The notes under the pieces were generated by a model. It did not search any database, was not told where the DNA came from, and saw only the letters and a list, made by a program, of their open reading frames with translations. A DNA stretch of 64,000 nt from a virus. Both the position numbers and the translations under genes were made by a program. Positions 46,550 through 57,377 of this stretch are shown one piece after another. Numbering within the stretch: the stretch's first letter is position 1; the number at the start of each line of letters is the position of its first letter. The stretch spans positions 7,044-71,043 of the IMG/VR virus record IMGVR_UViG_3300045806_000013, one strand, 5' to 3'.

Positions 46550-49098
46550 TGGCTAAAGTATACACAAACGTACAGAAACTAGGAAACTATGTTCTGTATC
46601 GTGGGGTATTTGATGGTAAGCGAGTTAAGCAACGTGTAAAATACGCACCATCACTTTATCTGGAGTCTCCTTCCGGTGTCAAATATAAGACACTGGATGG
46701 CACACCATTGGTTAAGAAAAAGTTCAATGATATCTATGACGCTAGAGATTATGTCAATAAGTTTAAGAACGTAACAAATGGTCCTAAGATTTATGGCAAC
46801 ACATCATATGAATATGCGTTCATTGCAGATTTCCATAAAGATGCCATAGAATGGGATTTCAGTGGACTTCTTATTGGGGTTCTGGATATTGAAGTTGGGT
46901 CTGACAACGGATTCCCTGACCCATATCTAGCAAACGAACCCATCACCGCAATCACATTAACTTTTATCAATGGTAGCATTCTTACATTTGGATGTGGTGA
47001 TTATACGTTGGAAGGTAGCGAGATATACTTCAAGTGTAAAGATGAAATTGACCTATGTCAGAAATTCTTGAAACACTGGTCTGCTAATTGTCCAGATATT
47101 TTAACTGGGTGGAATATTAAGTTTTTCGATATTCCATATTTGGTCAATCGTTTCAGAAAGCTATTGGATGAAGAAGATCATCAATCATTATCACCATGGG
47201 ATCGAATCAACGAACGGACTGAGCATAAGAATAATCGTGATATGGTTGTGTATGAACTTTTCGGCGTGTCCATTCTAGATTATCTTGATCTATATGAAGC
47301 TGACGCAAAACGGAACAAAAAAATACCAGAAAACTATAGACTAGATACAATCGCCAACGATGAATTGGGTGAAGGTAAACTATCATTCGATGAATTTGAT
47401 AATCTATATCAATTGTATGTAGAAGATTATCAAAAATTCATACGTTATAACATAAAAGATACGACTCTTGTTGCCCGATTGGAAGAGAAGTTGAAACTGA
47501 TTGAATTGGCGGTGACTTTAACATATGACGCTAAATGTAATTTTGAAGATGTGTTCAGTCAGACTAGACTGTGGGATGCTCTGGCATATAACTATCTTCT
47601 GAAAGATGATATTATTGTACCGCCAAAGGAGCCAAAGGACAAAGATGGGTCGTTTGAAGGTGCATACGTTAAAGATGTTCAGGTTGGATTGCATGAATGG
47701 GTATGCAACTATGACCTTGACTCTCTATATCCACATTTAATCATGCAATATGGAATATCACCAGAAACGTTAGTTCAGGTGAAGGACTATACAGATGAAA
47801 TGCGAGAAGTCTTAGCCCAGAATGTGACAGTCGAGAAGTTACTAAATCGAGAAATTGATTTGTCTAAACTCAAGAACGTCACACTAACCCCAAGTGGACA
47901 ATTCTTTAGAACTGACATTCAAGGGTTTCTGCCAAAGATGATGCGCGAAATGTATGCGGATCGGAAGAAATATAAAACACTCATGTTGCAAGAGAAGCGG
48001 AATTTAGAGAATGAGAGTGATGTGACACTACACCCGGAAATTAAAAAAAGGATTGAACGCTATAATAACCTACAGTCGGCTAAGAAGACTGGCCTAGTTT
48101 CAATATATGGCGTCCAGGGGTCTGCATATTTTAGATTTTATGATCTTCGTATTGCCAGAAGTATCACATTGGCTGGGCAATTATCGATCAAATGGATTGA
48201 ACGTGCGATTAATAGTTATATGAATACTTTGATGGGCACTAATGATGACTATGTGATTGCAATGGATACTGATAGTTTCTATTTGAGATTGGGGCCATTA
48301 GTGAATAAGGTTTATGGTGTTGATGGTGCTGTCAAACTACCAAAAACCAAAGTGATTGATTTTATGGATAAAGTATGTGGTGGAAAAATTCAAAATGAGA
48401 TTTCAAAGTCTTACCAAGAGTTGGCAGACTATGTACATGCCGTCGAACAGAAAATGAACATGAAGAGAGAGTGCCTTGCGGATAAAGCAATTTGGGTCGC
48501 AAAGAAACGCTATATCATGAACGTGTACGACTCAGAAGGTGTTAGGTATAATGAGCCAGATTTGAAGGTTGTTGGTCTCGATATGATCAAATCTTCAACC
48601 CCAGCGGTCGTGCGCGACAAGATGAAAGAGTCTGTTAGTATCATGATCAATGGGACACAATCAGATATGCACACTTTCATTTCCGACTTTGAGTGTGCGT
48701 TTAAGAAATTGCCACCAGAGGATATTTCATTCCCTAGGGGGGTTAATGGTATCAGCAAGTATTCTGATCCATCTAGTCTATATAAGTCAGGAACTCCAAT
48801 TCACGTTAAAGGGGCAATCTTATATAATCATCAATTGAAGCAGAACAACTTGACGAATAAGTATCAGTTGATCAAGGATGGCGAAAAGATAAAGTTCGCA
48901 TATCTAAAAATACCAAACCATTTCAAGGATACTGTCATATCGTTCCCAAGCCGCATACCAAAAGAATTTGACTTGGACGCGCATATCGACTATAATATGC
49001 AATTCAGTAAAACCTTTGTCGAGCCGGTTAAAGCCATTCTAGATTGCATTGGATGGACAACAGAAAAGAAGTGTTCACTTGAAGATTTTTTTAGTTAA
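46549..49098 (+). CDS. gp43: Family B DNA polymerase
   Basis: DIE exonuclease, DLDSLYP, DTDS, KKRY, C-terminal clamp-binding SLEDFF. Confidence 0.97.
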   Translation: MAKVYTNVQKLGNYVLYRGVFDGKRVKQRVKYAPSLYLESPSGVKYKTLDGTPLVKKKFNDIYDARDYVNKFKNVTNGPKIYGNTSYEYAFIADFHKDAIEWDFSGLLIGVLDIEVGSDNGFPDPYLANEPITAITLTFINGSILTFGCGDYTLEGSEIYFKCKDEIDLCQKFLKHWSANCPDILTGWNIKFFDIPYLVNRFRKLLDEEDHQSLSPWDRINERTEHKNNRDMVVYELFGVSILDYLDLYEADAKRNKKIPENYRLDTIANDELGEGKLSFDEFDNLYQLYVEDYQKFIRYNIKDTTLVARLEEKLKLIELAVTLTYDAKCNFEDVFSQTRLWDALAYNYLLKDDIIVPPKEPKDKDGSFEGAYVKDVQVGLHEWVCNYDLDSLYPHLIMQYGISPETLVQVKDYTDEMREVLAQNVTVEKLLNREIDLSKLKNVTLTPSGQFFRTDIQGFLPKMMREMYADRKKYKTLMLQEKRNLENESDVTLHPEIKKRIERYNNLQSAKKTGLVSIYGVQGSAYFRFYDLRIARSITLAGQLSIKWIERAINSYMNTLMGTNDDYVIAMDTDSFYLRLGPLVNKVYGVDGAVKLPKTKVIDFMDKVCGGKIQNEISKSYQELADYVHAVEQKMNMKRECLADKAIWVAKKRYIMNVYDSEGVRYNEPDLKVVGLDMIKSSTPAVVRDKMKESVSIMINGTQSDMHTFISDFECAFKKLPPEDISFPRGVNGISKYSDPSSLYKSGTPIHVKGAILYNHQLKQNNLTNKYQLIKDGEKIKFAYLKIPNHFKDTVISFPSRIPKEFDLDAHIDYNMQFSKTFVEPVKAILDCIGWTTEKKCSLEDFFS

Positions 49099-49161
49099 GG
49101 TTATAAATAAGATGGTCGAGGGGTAGTTCCCCTCATAAAAACAATCAACACAAAGGAAATA

Positions 49162-49809
49162 ATGAACTATAAAAAAATTCACGATTCGATTATCCACCGG
49201 GCGAGAACCCGAAGGTTGGATGAAACTGAATATAGCGAACAACACCACGTTTTACCAAAGTGTGAGGGTGGTCTGCAATCCGGCGAGACTGTACAACTTA
49301 GGCACAGAGAGCATAGGTTGGTGCATAGACTTAGGTATAAATTCACTAAAGTTTTTGGAAATAATGCTGCATATAATTGGATGTCATGTGGTGAGGCTGG
49401 TGCAGTTAAGAATCAAAAGGAAGCTGCAAAATTATCACATTCAATTGCAAAGAATAGAGACCCAGTGGCATACTCAGAACGTCAAAGAAAATATGCAAAA
49501 TTGGCGGGCAGCAAATGTAGAGATCAGAAACTAGGATTTCATTCTATGAGTGAAGATGACATGACAAATGCCCGAAACAAAGGAAACGCGACGGTGGTGT
49601 CGAATAAATTGGGTATGTTCTCGGATAGTTACCGTGAAAAACATAAAGAAACCTTATATAAAAATGTAAACACACCATCTGGAGCTTTTAACTCTATGCA
49701 AGATGCTGCAAGATTCTATAATGTGTGTTCCTCGACAGTTACATATCGCACCGGTAGTGACAGTGAACAATTTAAAGAATGGTATATTATTGAAAGGACA
49801 ACCAAATGA
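49162..49809 (+). CDS. HNH homing endonuclease (Mob-like)
   Basis: EQHHVLPKC.GG...REHRLVHRL; TATAAATA at 49102. Confidence 0.8.
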   Translation: MNYKKIHDSIIHRARTRRLDETEYSEQHHVLPKCEGGLQSGETVQLRHREHRLVHRLRYKFTKVFGNNAAYNWMSCGEAGAVKNQKEAAKLSHSIAKNRDPVAYSERQRKYAKLAGSKCRDQKLGFHSMSEDDMTNARNKGNATVVSNKLGMFSDSYREKHKETLYKNVNTPSGAFNSMQDAARFYNVCSSTVTYRTGSDSEQFKEWYIIERTTK

Positions 49810-50855
49810 GTATTTTAGAGAGAATGAAAAAATCAGGTGCATCTAAATTGACTGCATCATTGGCGGAATCTATGTTTTTCAATGAAAAAGATTTTGTACA
49901 AACTGAGATTCCGATAATTAATATTGCAGCATCTGGACTTGCAGATGGTGGGATTTCGTCAGGATTAACTGCATTTGCTGCGCCATCAAGACACTATAAG
50001 TCTCTTCTTGGCCTTATTATGGTTTCTGCATATATGAGAAAATATCCAGATTCTGTATGTCTCTTTTACGATTCTGAATTTGGTATTACACCAGAATATA
50101 TCAAATCTAACAACATAGACACATCCAGAGTTCTTCATATTCCAATTGCACACATAGAACAATTAAAATTCGACATATGCAAAAGATTAGATGAAATAAA
50201 ACGTGGCGATAAAGTTATCATTTTCATAGACTCCATTGGAAATCTTGCGTCGAAAAAGGAAGTGGATGATGCATTATCAGAAAATGAAGCGGCTGATATG
50301 ACTAGAGCCAAAGTTCTAAAGTCTTTGTGGAGAATAATTACACCACATTTGACCATAAAAGACATCCCATGTATTGCTATTCAGCATGTATATCAGACAC
50401 AGGAAAAATATTCCAAGGCAGTCATGTCGGGTGGCACTGGAGGTATGTTGAGCGCAAATCAAGTTTGGATTATATCTAAAGCCCAGGAAAAGGACGGGGA
50501 CGAACTGGTCGGTTACAACTTCACTATCAATATCGAGAAGTCTCGATATGTTAAGGAAAAATCGAAATTGACATTTACTGTTAAGTGGGATGGGGGAATT
50601 CAAAAATATTCAGGGTTGATGGAAATTGCCTTGGAGTCTGGTAATGTAGTTAAGCCTAGTAATGGGTGGTATTCAAAGGTAGATATGTTAACGGGAGAGG
50701 TGGAGGCTAAGAAGTATCGATTTAAAGATACGGACAATGATGGGTTCTGGGGTAGCATTCTCAGTTCACCGGAATTCAAAAATTTTACAAAAGAGAAGTA
50801 TCAGGTTGCTTTTATTTCTGAGTTAGAGAAAATTGATTGTGTTGGTGTTGTTTAA
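49806..50855 (+). CDS. uvsX: RecA-like recombinase
   Basis: APSRHYKS, FYDSEFG, DSIGNLASKKE, ADMTRAK. Confidence 0.95.
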   Translation: MSILERMKKSGASKLTASLAESMFFNEKDFVQTEIPIINIAASGLADGGISSGLTAFAAPSRHYKSLLGLIMVSAYMRKYPDSVCLFYDSEFGITPEYIKSNNIDTSRVLHIPIAHIEQLKFDICKRLDEIKRGDKVIIFIDSIGNLASKKEVDDALSENEAADMTRAKVLKSLWRIITPHLTIKDIPCIAIQHVYQTQEKYSKAVMSGGTGGMLSANQVWIISKAQEKDGDELVGYNFTINIEKSRYVKEKSKLTFTVKWDGGIQKYSGLMEIALESGNVVKPSNGWYSKVDMLTGEVEAKKYRFKDTDNDGFWGSILSSPEFKNFTKEKYQVAFISELEKIDCVGVV

Positions 50856-50870
50856 TTAAAGGAGTTTATT

Positions 50871-51452
50871 ATGAATGTTTATATTTTGTTGGATCGTTCT
50901 GGTTCTATGGTATCCTTGGGCAACGAACCTATCGGGTCTATTAATGCATATGTGAAAAAGCTAGGTGCAAAGGACCACATCCACCTTGCGGTATTTGATG
51001 ATGGTTCACATGATGTCATTCGAGACATGCCGGTTGAATTCTATGCGGATATCACAGCAGAAGAAACAAGTCCTCGTGGCGGCACTCCACTATATGATTC
51101 TTGTAATAAAATTATGTGCCAAGCAGAAGATGACAACGCAGAAAAAACTGTATTGGTTGTTATGACTGATGGTTATGAAAATATGAGCAGGGAATTCAAC
51201 CAAGCCCAAATCCAAGCCAAGGTAAAATCCTGGGAGGATCGTAAGTGGGAAGTTGTATTCTTAGGCGCAAATTTCGATAAGGTGGAAGCAGTATCGGGGT
51301 CTGTCGGTGTGGCGTCAAATAAGACCCTCAATTTTGTATCCGGCAACTTCATGAAGGGTATGGATACATTGTCAGCGTCAACAATGGCATATGCAACAGT
51401 TGGTAGGTCGATCAACTACACTGCAGAAGATAAAGCGGCCCTTGGCTCATAA
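50871..51452 (+). CDS. vWA domain protein
   Basis: LDRSGSM, GGTPLYD, TDGYEN. Confidence 0.85.
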   Translation: MNVYILLDRSGSMVSLGNEPIGSINAYVKKLGAKDHIHLAVFDDGSHDVIRDMPVEFYADITAEETSPRGGTPLYDSCNKIMCQAEDDNAEKTVLVVMTDGYENMSREFNQAQIQAKVKSWEDRKWEVVFLGANFDKVEAVSGSVGVASNKTLNFVSGNFMKGMDTLSASTMAYATVGRSINYTAEDKAALGS

Positions 51453-51454
51453 TC

Positions 51455-51793
51455 ATGATTGAGGGTATTGATTATTGTTTCATTTACCCAAAGGACGAAA
51501 AGGAGGCGGCGAATATCCGACTCCTTACTGGTATGTACAAGGATACCATATTTCGTTTCGGTAAAGTGAAATTCAAAGAATATGATGATGGTCCTCATTT
51601 GCAATTTGCTTTTGATGTGATCGAGTCAACTTACATGAAGCCAAAAAAGATGGAAAAGGATGCAAACTTCCAAAACTATCTCGGCGACATGCTAATTGAA
51701 CTTATGACTGCTAATATGGACGAGGAATTTATTGATGAGAATCGAAACGGCAATTCTAAAGCACCTGATCTACTCGGAGGATTACCTTCGTAA
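51455..51793 (+). CDS. Hypothetical protein (gp40 position)
   Basis: Lies between the uvsX region and gp41. Confidence 0.5.
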   Translation: MIEGIDYCFIYPKDEKEAANIRLLTGMYKDTIFRFGKVKFKEYDDGPHLQFAFDVIESTYMKPKKMEKDANFQNYLGDMLIELMTANMDEEFIDENRNGNSKAPDLLGGLPS

Positions 51794-53108
51794 GGTATTA
51801 CCATTCCTCAAAGAAGAATACTTCATAGAGAATACAGAGCGTATAATTTTCAATGAGATATTGAAGTTCACACACACGTATAACAATTCACCGTCGATGG
51901 AGGCAATCTCACTTTCTGTAGGTGAATTGCCAGATATGTCAGAAAAGCAATTGGATAGCTGCGAAGAATATCTATCGGAACTGGAGATTTCAAAGACTGA
52001 ATTGGCGGATACGAAATGGCTGGTGGATAAAACTGAAAAGTTCTGTCAAGATAAGGCAATTTATAACGCAGTTCTTGGGTCTATCAAAATCCTCGATTCG
52101 CAGGATAAACTGAAAGATAAGGGGTCTATCCCAACTCTTCTGTCCGACGCCTTGGCGGTCAGTTTTGATCGATCTGTGGGGCATGATTATCTGGAGGATA
52201 GCGATTCACGGTTTGATTTCTATCATCGAAAAGAAGAACGCATTCCATTTGACTTGGATTTGTTCAATAAAATCACAAAAGGGGGACTCCCATCCAAAAC
52301 ACTCAATATTGCTTTGGCGGGTACAGGTGTTGGTAAATCTCTTTTTATGTGTCATTGTGCGGCTGGTATGTTGAGTCAAGGAAAAAATATCCTGTATATC
52401 ACTATGGAAATGGCAGAACATGAGATTTCAAAGCGGGTGGATGCTAATCTAATGAACATCACCATAGATGAACTATTATGCCTATCCAAAGAAAATTACG
52501 ACAAGCGAATTTCCAAGGTTAAAAAGAACACAACAGGGAAGATTATTGTAAAGGAATATCCCACTGCATCCGCATCCTCCACACACTTCAGGACATTGCT
52601 CAATGAATTGAATTTGAAGAAATCGTTCAGGCCAGATATCATTTTCATTGATTATTTGAACATTTGCTGTTCGTCCCGAATCAAACCTGGGGCGAATATT
52701 AACTCTTATACATACGTTAAGTCTATAGCAGAAGAGCTACGGGGATTGGCAGTTGAATTTGATGTTCCTATTATGTCGGCTACCCAGACCACACGAAGCG
52801 GTTTTACATCGTCTGATCCGGGGCTTGAGGACACTAGCGAATCATTTGGCTTGCCCGCTACCGCAGATATGATGTTTGCACTGATTACCAGTGAAGAATT
52901 GGAAGAACTCGGTCAGATGATGGTTAAGCAACTTAAGAATCGATATTCCGATCCATCTTACTACAAGAGATTCACCATTGGTATTGATCGTGCTAAGATG
53001 AAGTTGTATGATGTGGAGCAATCTGCACAGACAGGATTGGTCGATGCGGGACAGACACAGAAACCGAGTAGACCAGATAAGCGAGGTTTTGAAGGATTTC
53101 AAACATGA
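51735..53108 (+). CDS. gp41: Replicative DnaB-like helicase
   Basis: AGTGVGKS, IDYLNIC, AEELRGLA, SESFGLP. Confidence 0.95.
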   Translation: MRIETAILKHLIYSEDYLRKVLPFLKEEYFIENTERIIFNEILKFTHTYNNSPSMEAISLSVGELPDMSEKQLDSCEEYLSELEISKTELADTKWLVDKTEKFCQDKAIYNAVLGSIKILDSQDKLKDKGSIPTLLSDALAVSFDRSVGHDYLEDSDSRFDFYHRKEERIPFDLDLFNKITKGGLPSKTLNIALAGTGVGKSLFMCHCAAGMLSQGKNILYITMEMAEHEISKRVDANLMNITIDELLCLSKENYDKRISKVKKNTTGKIIVKEYPTASASSTHFRTLLNELNLKKSFRPDIIFIDYLNICCSSRIKPGANINSYTYVKSIAEELRGLAVEFDVPIMSATQTTRSGFTSSDPGLEDTSESFGLPATADMMFALITSEELEELGQMMVKQLKNRYSDPSYYKRFTIGIDRAKMKLYDVEQSAQTGLVDAGQTQKPSRPDKRGFEGFQT

Positions 53109-53818
53109 CATCAACGGTAATCATACCAACAACAGGGTCCCCCGAAGTTTTTCAAGCAATTGAAAGTGTATTAGCACAAACAGCCCCAACACAATGCTAT
53201 GTTGTGTTGGATGGTAAAGATAATTTCACTTCATTTGCGACGAAAGTCATAGAGAAGAAACTTGATACGAATCCCAATGTTAAATTTTGCACTCTTCCGG
53301 TTAATGTTGGTGCCGATGGTTTCTATGGTCATCGGGTGTATGCCGCATTCACCCATTTAATCAATACTAAGTATGTACTATATCTCGACCAAGACAATTG
53401 GTTTGATGGTGACCATGTGCAACGTTGCTTGGAAAAAATAGAGGGTTCTAATCTGGATTGGGTGTACTCACTGAGAAAAATCATCAGTAAAGATGGGGAG
53501 TATATCTGCAACGATGATTGTGAATCATTAGGTAAGTGGAAGTGCTACCAAAATTACAATCATGTAGATACAAATTCATATTGCATAAAAACTGATATTG
53601 CTGTTCGTTTAGCATCTGTGTGGCATGGTAAGTGGGGCCAGGATCGTGTGTTTTATGAAACACTTTCCACGCACTTTGTGAATTATGAATGTACCGGCGA
53701 GTATACATGCAACTATAGGTTAGCAGGCAATCTTGGGTCTGTGTCGGCAGAATTTTTCAAGGCTGGGAATGACATTATGAATAGGCGATATGGTGGTAAT
53801 TTACCTTGGGTCAATTGA
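53105..53818 (+). CDS. GT2-family glycosyltransferase
   Basis: VIIPT, SVLAQ, YLDQDNW, QDR. Confidence 0.8.
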   Translation: MTSTVIIPTTGSPEVFQAIESVLAQTAPTQCYVVLDGKDNFTSFATKVIEKKLDTNPNVKFCTLPVNVGADGFYGHRVYAAFTHLINTKYVLYLDQDNWFDGDHVQRCLEKIEGSNLDWVYSLRKIISKDGEYICNDDCESLGKWKCYQNYNHVDTNSYCIKTDIAVRLASVWHGKWGQDRVFYETLSTHFVNYECTGEYTCNYRLAGNLGSVSAEFFKAGNDIMNRRYGGNLPWVN

Positions 53819-53832
53819 ATAGGAGTTTTATT

Positions 53833-54687
53833 ATGAAGAAGAGTTTAATTATAGGGGCAGCGACCGGATACACATATGATCAGTTGAAGCCATGGGCAGA
53901 ATCCATCGGGCGTACCGGATTTAATGGCGATAAGGTGTTGATTATTGGCGAAGCATCCCCAATGACTAGGCAAATGCTGGCTGACGAAGGGTTCAAGTTA
54001 ATAGAAATGGTACAGGTCAATGCACCAATTCATGTTGCAAGATTCTTGACATTATATCACTACTTAAAAGATGTGTGGAAGGAATATCAGTATGTGATAA
54101 CTACTGATGTTAAGGATGTGTATTTCCAGACCAACCCGGAGTATTGGCTACGGGATAATCTTGGAAATTGCGAAATGGTCGCTGGGTCCGAGAGTATTAG
54201 ATATAAAGATGAACCATGGGGCAATGAAAATCTATTGCAGACATATGGACCTTATGTGTATGAGGATTTTAAAAATAACATCATATACAATGTAGGGACT
54301 ATCGGCGGTACGGCTGAGTATGTGAAAGATTTGGTGTTCAATATATTCATGAACGCAATAAATCGTCCTATTTCAATCGTGGATCAGGCTGTGTATAATG
54401 TACTGTTGCAAACCCAGCCATACAAGGACGTCACGTTCTTTGCGGATCAAAAAGATGGTTGGGCCTGTCAAGCCGGAACCACGGCAGACCCATCCAAGAT
54501 AGAACAATTTAGACCATTCTTAACCGAACGGGAACCATCATTCGAGAATGGGATTGTGAAGGATTCTCACGGGGATTCATTCTGTATAGTTCACCAATAT
54601 GACCGTGTTCCTGCGTGGAAGAAGCATGTACAGGAATCCTTTGGGCAAATCGATCAATCTCAATATTTCACATACAAGACATTATGA
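53833..54687 (+). CDS. GT-A glycosyltransferase-like protein
   Basis: RF, TDVKDVYFQ.NP, NVG.IGG, DQA, VHQYDR. Confidence 0.7.
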   Translation: MKKSLIIGAATGYTYDQLKPWAESIGRTGFNGDKVLIIGEASPMTRQMLADEGFKLIEMVQVNAPIHVARFLTLYHYLKDVWKEYQYVITTDVKDVYFQTNPEYWLRDNLGNCEMVAGSESIRYKDEPWGNENLLQTYGPYVYEDFKNNIIYNVGTIGGTAEYVKDLVFNIFMNAINRPISIVDQAVYNVLLQTQPYKDVTFFADQKDGWACQAGTTADPSKIEQFRPFLTEREPSFENGIVKDSHGDSFCIVHQYDRVPAWKKHVQESFGQIDQSQYFTYKTL

Positions 54688-55490
54688 GTAACATTACAAT
54701 CGTAACAGCATTCTTCGATATTGGCCGTGGAGAATGGACACCCGAAAAGGGACTACCTCATTATCTACAGAGGACTAATGAGGTATACCTTCAGAGGTTC
54801 TCACACATGGCTAGTTTAGATAATGATATGGTGATCTATACTTCGAAGGAGTTTGCAGAAACAATATCGCAATATCGAAAAGATAAAAAAAATACAAATA
54901 TCATTATTGTCGATTTTCCAGAAGTGTTCGACCATACCAGAGAGTTGATATCTGATGTTCAAAGCCAAATTAAATTCCAGAATAAGATAAATGTCAATCA
55001 GCGGAAGAATCCAGAGTATTGGAATGCTGACTATGTTTTGATTAACTTTTTGAAGTCTCATTTCGTGTGTAGCGCAATCAAAGGAGAGTTGATTGACACG
55101 GATATGGTAGCTTGGATGGATTTTGGATACTGTAGGTCGCCATCGACATTATGTGGAATACCCGAGTGGAATGTCAACCTATCAGAAGATAAGATACATG
55201 TATTTTCCATTAAAGACTGGATTGACGGGACATTCATTCAAGACGTCATATTCAATAATGATGTTCATATCACAGGGCCGCATATAATCGCAAGTAAAAA
55301 AATGTGGCCCTTATTAGATCATATGGTGGTCACTCATATGGAATTTTTACTTAATAACAATTTGGTTGATGATGACCAGACATTGCTACTGATGTGCACC
55401 TTAAGTAACCCTACTCTATTTGATGTGCATAAAGTATCTAGCGACGATTGGTTTGTTATGTTTAAGGATTATAATGATATTGCATCTTAA
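54684..55490 (+). CDS. HtrL/YibB (WlaTC)-family protein
   Basis: TIVTAFFDIGR, AWMDFGY, VDDDQ. Confidence 0.8.
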   Translation: MSNITIVTAFFDIGRGEWTPEKGLPHYLQRTNEVYLQRFSHMASLDNDMVIYTSKEFAETISQYRKDKKNTNIIIVDFPEVFDHTRELISDVQSQIKFQNKINVNQRKNPEYWNADYVLINFLKSHFVCSAIKGELIDTDMVAWMDFGYCRSPSTLCGIPEWNVNLSEDKIHVFSIKDWIDGTFIQDVIFNNDVHITGPHIIASKKMWPLLDHMVVTHMEFLLNNNLVDDDQTLLLMCTLSNPTLFDVHKVSSDDWFVMFKDYNDIAS

Positions 55491-56184
55491 GTGTACCGCG
55501 AATCTTGGAGACTTCCTGAACGTCCTTCCTGTATTATCTGGAGTATCTAAAGCTTATGGTAAATTCATGTTCATTATCAGAGACGACATGGAAAAATTTA
55601 ATGGTATAAAAGAGTTTTTGATGTATCAGGATTTGTTCACCGAAGTTTTATTTGAAAGAGAAATTGTTTTGATAGAGGGTGTCATCGAAGTCAGTTCATG
55701 GACAAGAGAGACAAAAACTAACAATGATCGACCAATCGAGACGTGTAGATATGAGAATTGGCTGAAGGATCGTGGGTTGACATTTGATGTGGATGATTCA
55801 TTCACATTGAAAGTTCCAGATCATGAAACCTATGTTAAAGATGAAATAATTCTAGGTGGTGATCGATGGAATGGTCCGGGAATTGACGGGAGACGTGCAT
55901 CATGGACATTGGCACACATACCAGATGTTCATTTCCTAGATTACAGCAAACCACTCCTAGAGAATGCACACTATATAAAGCATGTAAAACGTCCATTTAT
56001 TACAACATTTACTGGAATATCAGTAATTGCTGATCTGTTGAATAAAGAACAGATTGTACTTTGGGGTGAAGATATTCGAGATTGGGATAATAAGCCAATT
56101 GAGTATTCTTTCGAAAAGCATTTTTATAGTAACCGTAAATCCAAGTTAATGTACCTTGGTGATTTTGATGTGAGTGAATTATGA
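55474..56184 (+). CDS. Putative GT-B (GT9-like) protein
   Basis: NLGD N-terminal motif, FITTFTG; cluster context. Confidence 0.5.
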   Translation: MILHLKCTANLGDFLNVLPVLSGVSKAYGKFMFIIRDDMEKFNGIKEFLMYQDLFTEVLFEREIVLIEGVIEVSSWTRETKTNNDRPIETCRYENWLKDRGLTFDVDDSFTLKVPDHETYVKDEIILGGDRWNGPGIDGRRASWTLAHIPDVHFLDYSKPLLENAHYIKHVKRPFITTFTGISVIADLLNKEQIVLWGEDIRDWDNKPIEYSFEKHFYSNRKSKLMYLGDFDVSEL

Positions 56185-56672
56185 TTGAAACAGTGCAGTT
56201 TAATGGCAGCGAGTATCCAAAATTTCAAACGGAAGGATTTGCGTCTCAGTTTGCAATTCCATTTGCTAAACACTTCTGTAAGGGGGTTGGGTATGATATT
56301 GGTTGCAACCGCTTAGAGTGGGCGCTACCCGGAGCCATTCCCGTGGATTTGAATTTTAATGATGGCATGGATGCATACAATCTTCCAGATAAAAAAGTGG
56401 ATTATATTTATTCTAGCCACTGCCTTGAGCATCTGGATGATTGGGTGTATGCATTAGATTATTGGACTAGCAAGATTAAGAATGGTGGTGTTCTATTTCT
56501 ATATTTGCCTCACTATTCGCAGAAGTATTGGCGTCCATGGAATAACCGAAAACATAAACACGTACTCGATTCCGGAGAGATTGTTGACTATCTGCATGAT
56601 AATAAGTTTTCTAAAGTTTTAAGCGCCGGTCCTGATATGAATAGTTCTTTCTATGTGGTGGCCGAAAAATGA
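56181..56672 (+). CDS. SAM-dependent methyltransferase
   Basis: DIGC, DYIYSSHCLEH, GGVLFLYLP. Confidence 0.85.
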   Translation: MIETVQFNGSEYPKFQTEGFASQFAIPFAKHFCKGVGYDIGCNRLEWALPGAIPVDLNFNDGMDAYNLPDKKVDYIYSSHCLEHLDDWVYALDYWTSKIKNGGVLFLYLPHYSQKYWRPWNNRKHKHVLDSGEIVDYLHDNKFSKVLSAGPDMNSSFYVVAEK

Positions 56673-57376
56673 TTTATAACATAACACCCGAGACCTTTGG
56701 TGGGGCTGTTCGAAATGGAGACTTGATTGCTGTGTGTAATGTGGTCGAATACTTTAGACATAAATTCGACAAGACAACAAAATTTCACATGCTCCCCGGT
56801 TCCATCAATCCTGCTGATTATTGCGGAAAATTCTATGAATTTCTGTTGAACCAAACCGATTATTTTTCGGAAGTCCAAGGGGATGAACCGCTGTTATGGA
56901 AACGTGTAAACCTATGGGACTTTAGAGAGATATCAGGCGATCTTGTTAGGATACACAACAGTTCACCAATGGAAAAAAAGATTGCAATATTCCCTGTCAT
57001 TGGTGCGCAATACAATACATACCGAAACTGGCCCGGCGAAGTTCTTATTAGCATTCTTAATGGTTTTAATGTCCCACAATATGACGGGTATGAGAAAATT
57101 GTGTGCACCGAACTGCAGTTGAATGTGGAGGGATATGGATTTAAGAACTCCACAGATTTCATGGATAACATTCACCATATTATGACAACTGAGATTTATG
57201 TTGGTGGTGACACCGGAACTTCGCATTTTGCGTTTGCGCTTGATCGTGGTCCTAAGTCATTGAAATATCACAATTCTGGAAGAGGTCTGGTGCACACATT
57301 GCCATTCTACCTAATGCAGGGTAAGGGCGAGAATGCCGGTTATTGGTTAAACTACGAAAATACAACTTGGAATTAA
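56669..57376 (+). CDS. Putative GT-B (GT9-like) protein
   Basis: NGD, RNWP, YVGGDTG.SH. Confidence 0.55.
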   Translation: MIYNITPETFGGAVRNGDLIAVCNVVEYFRHKFDKTTKFHMLPGSINPADYCGKFYEFLLNQTDYFSEVQGDEPLLWKRVNLWDFREISGDLVRIHNSSPMEKKIAIFPVIGAQYNTYRNWPGEVLISILNGFNVPQYDGYEKIVCTELQLNVEGYGFKNSTDFMDNIHHIMTTEIYVGGDTGTSHFAFALDRGPKSLKYHNSGRGLVHTLPFYLMQGKGENAGYWLNYENTTWN

Positions 57377-57377
57377 T

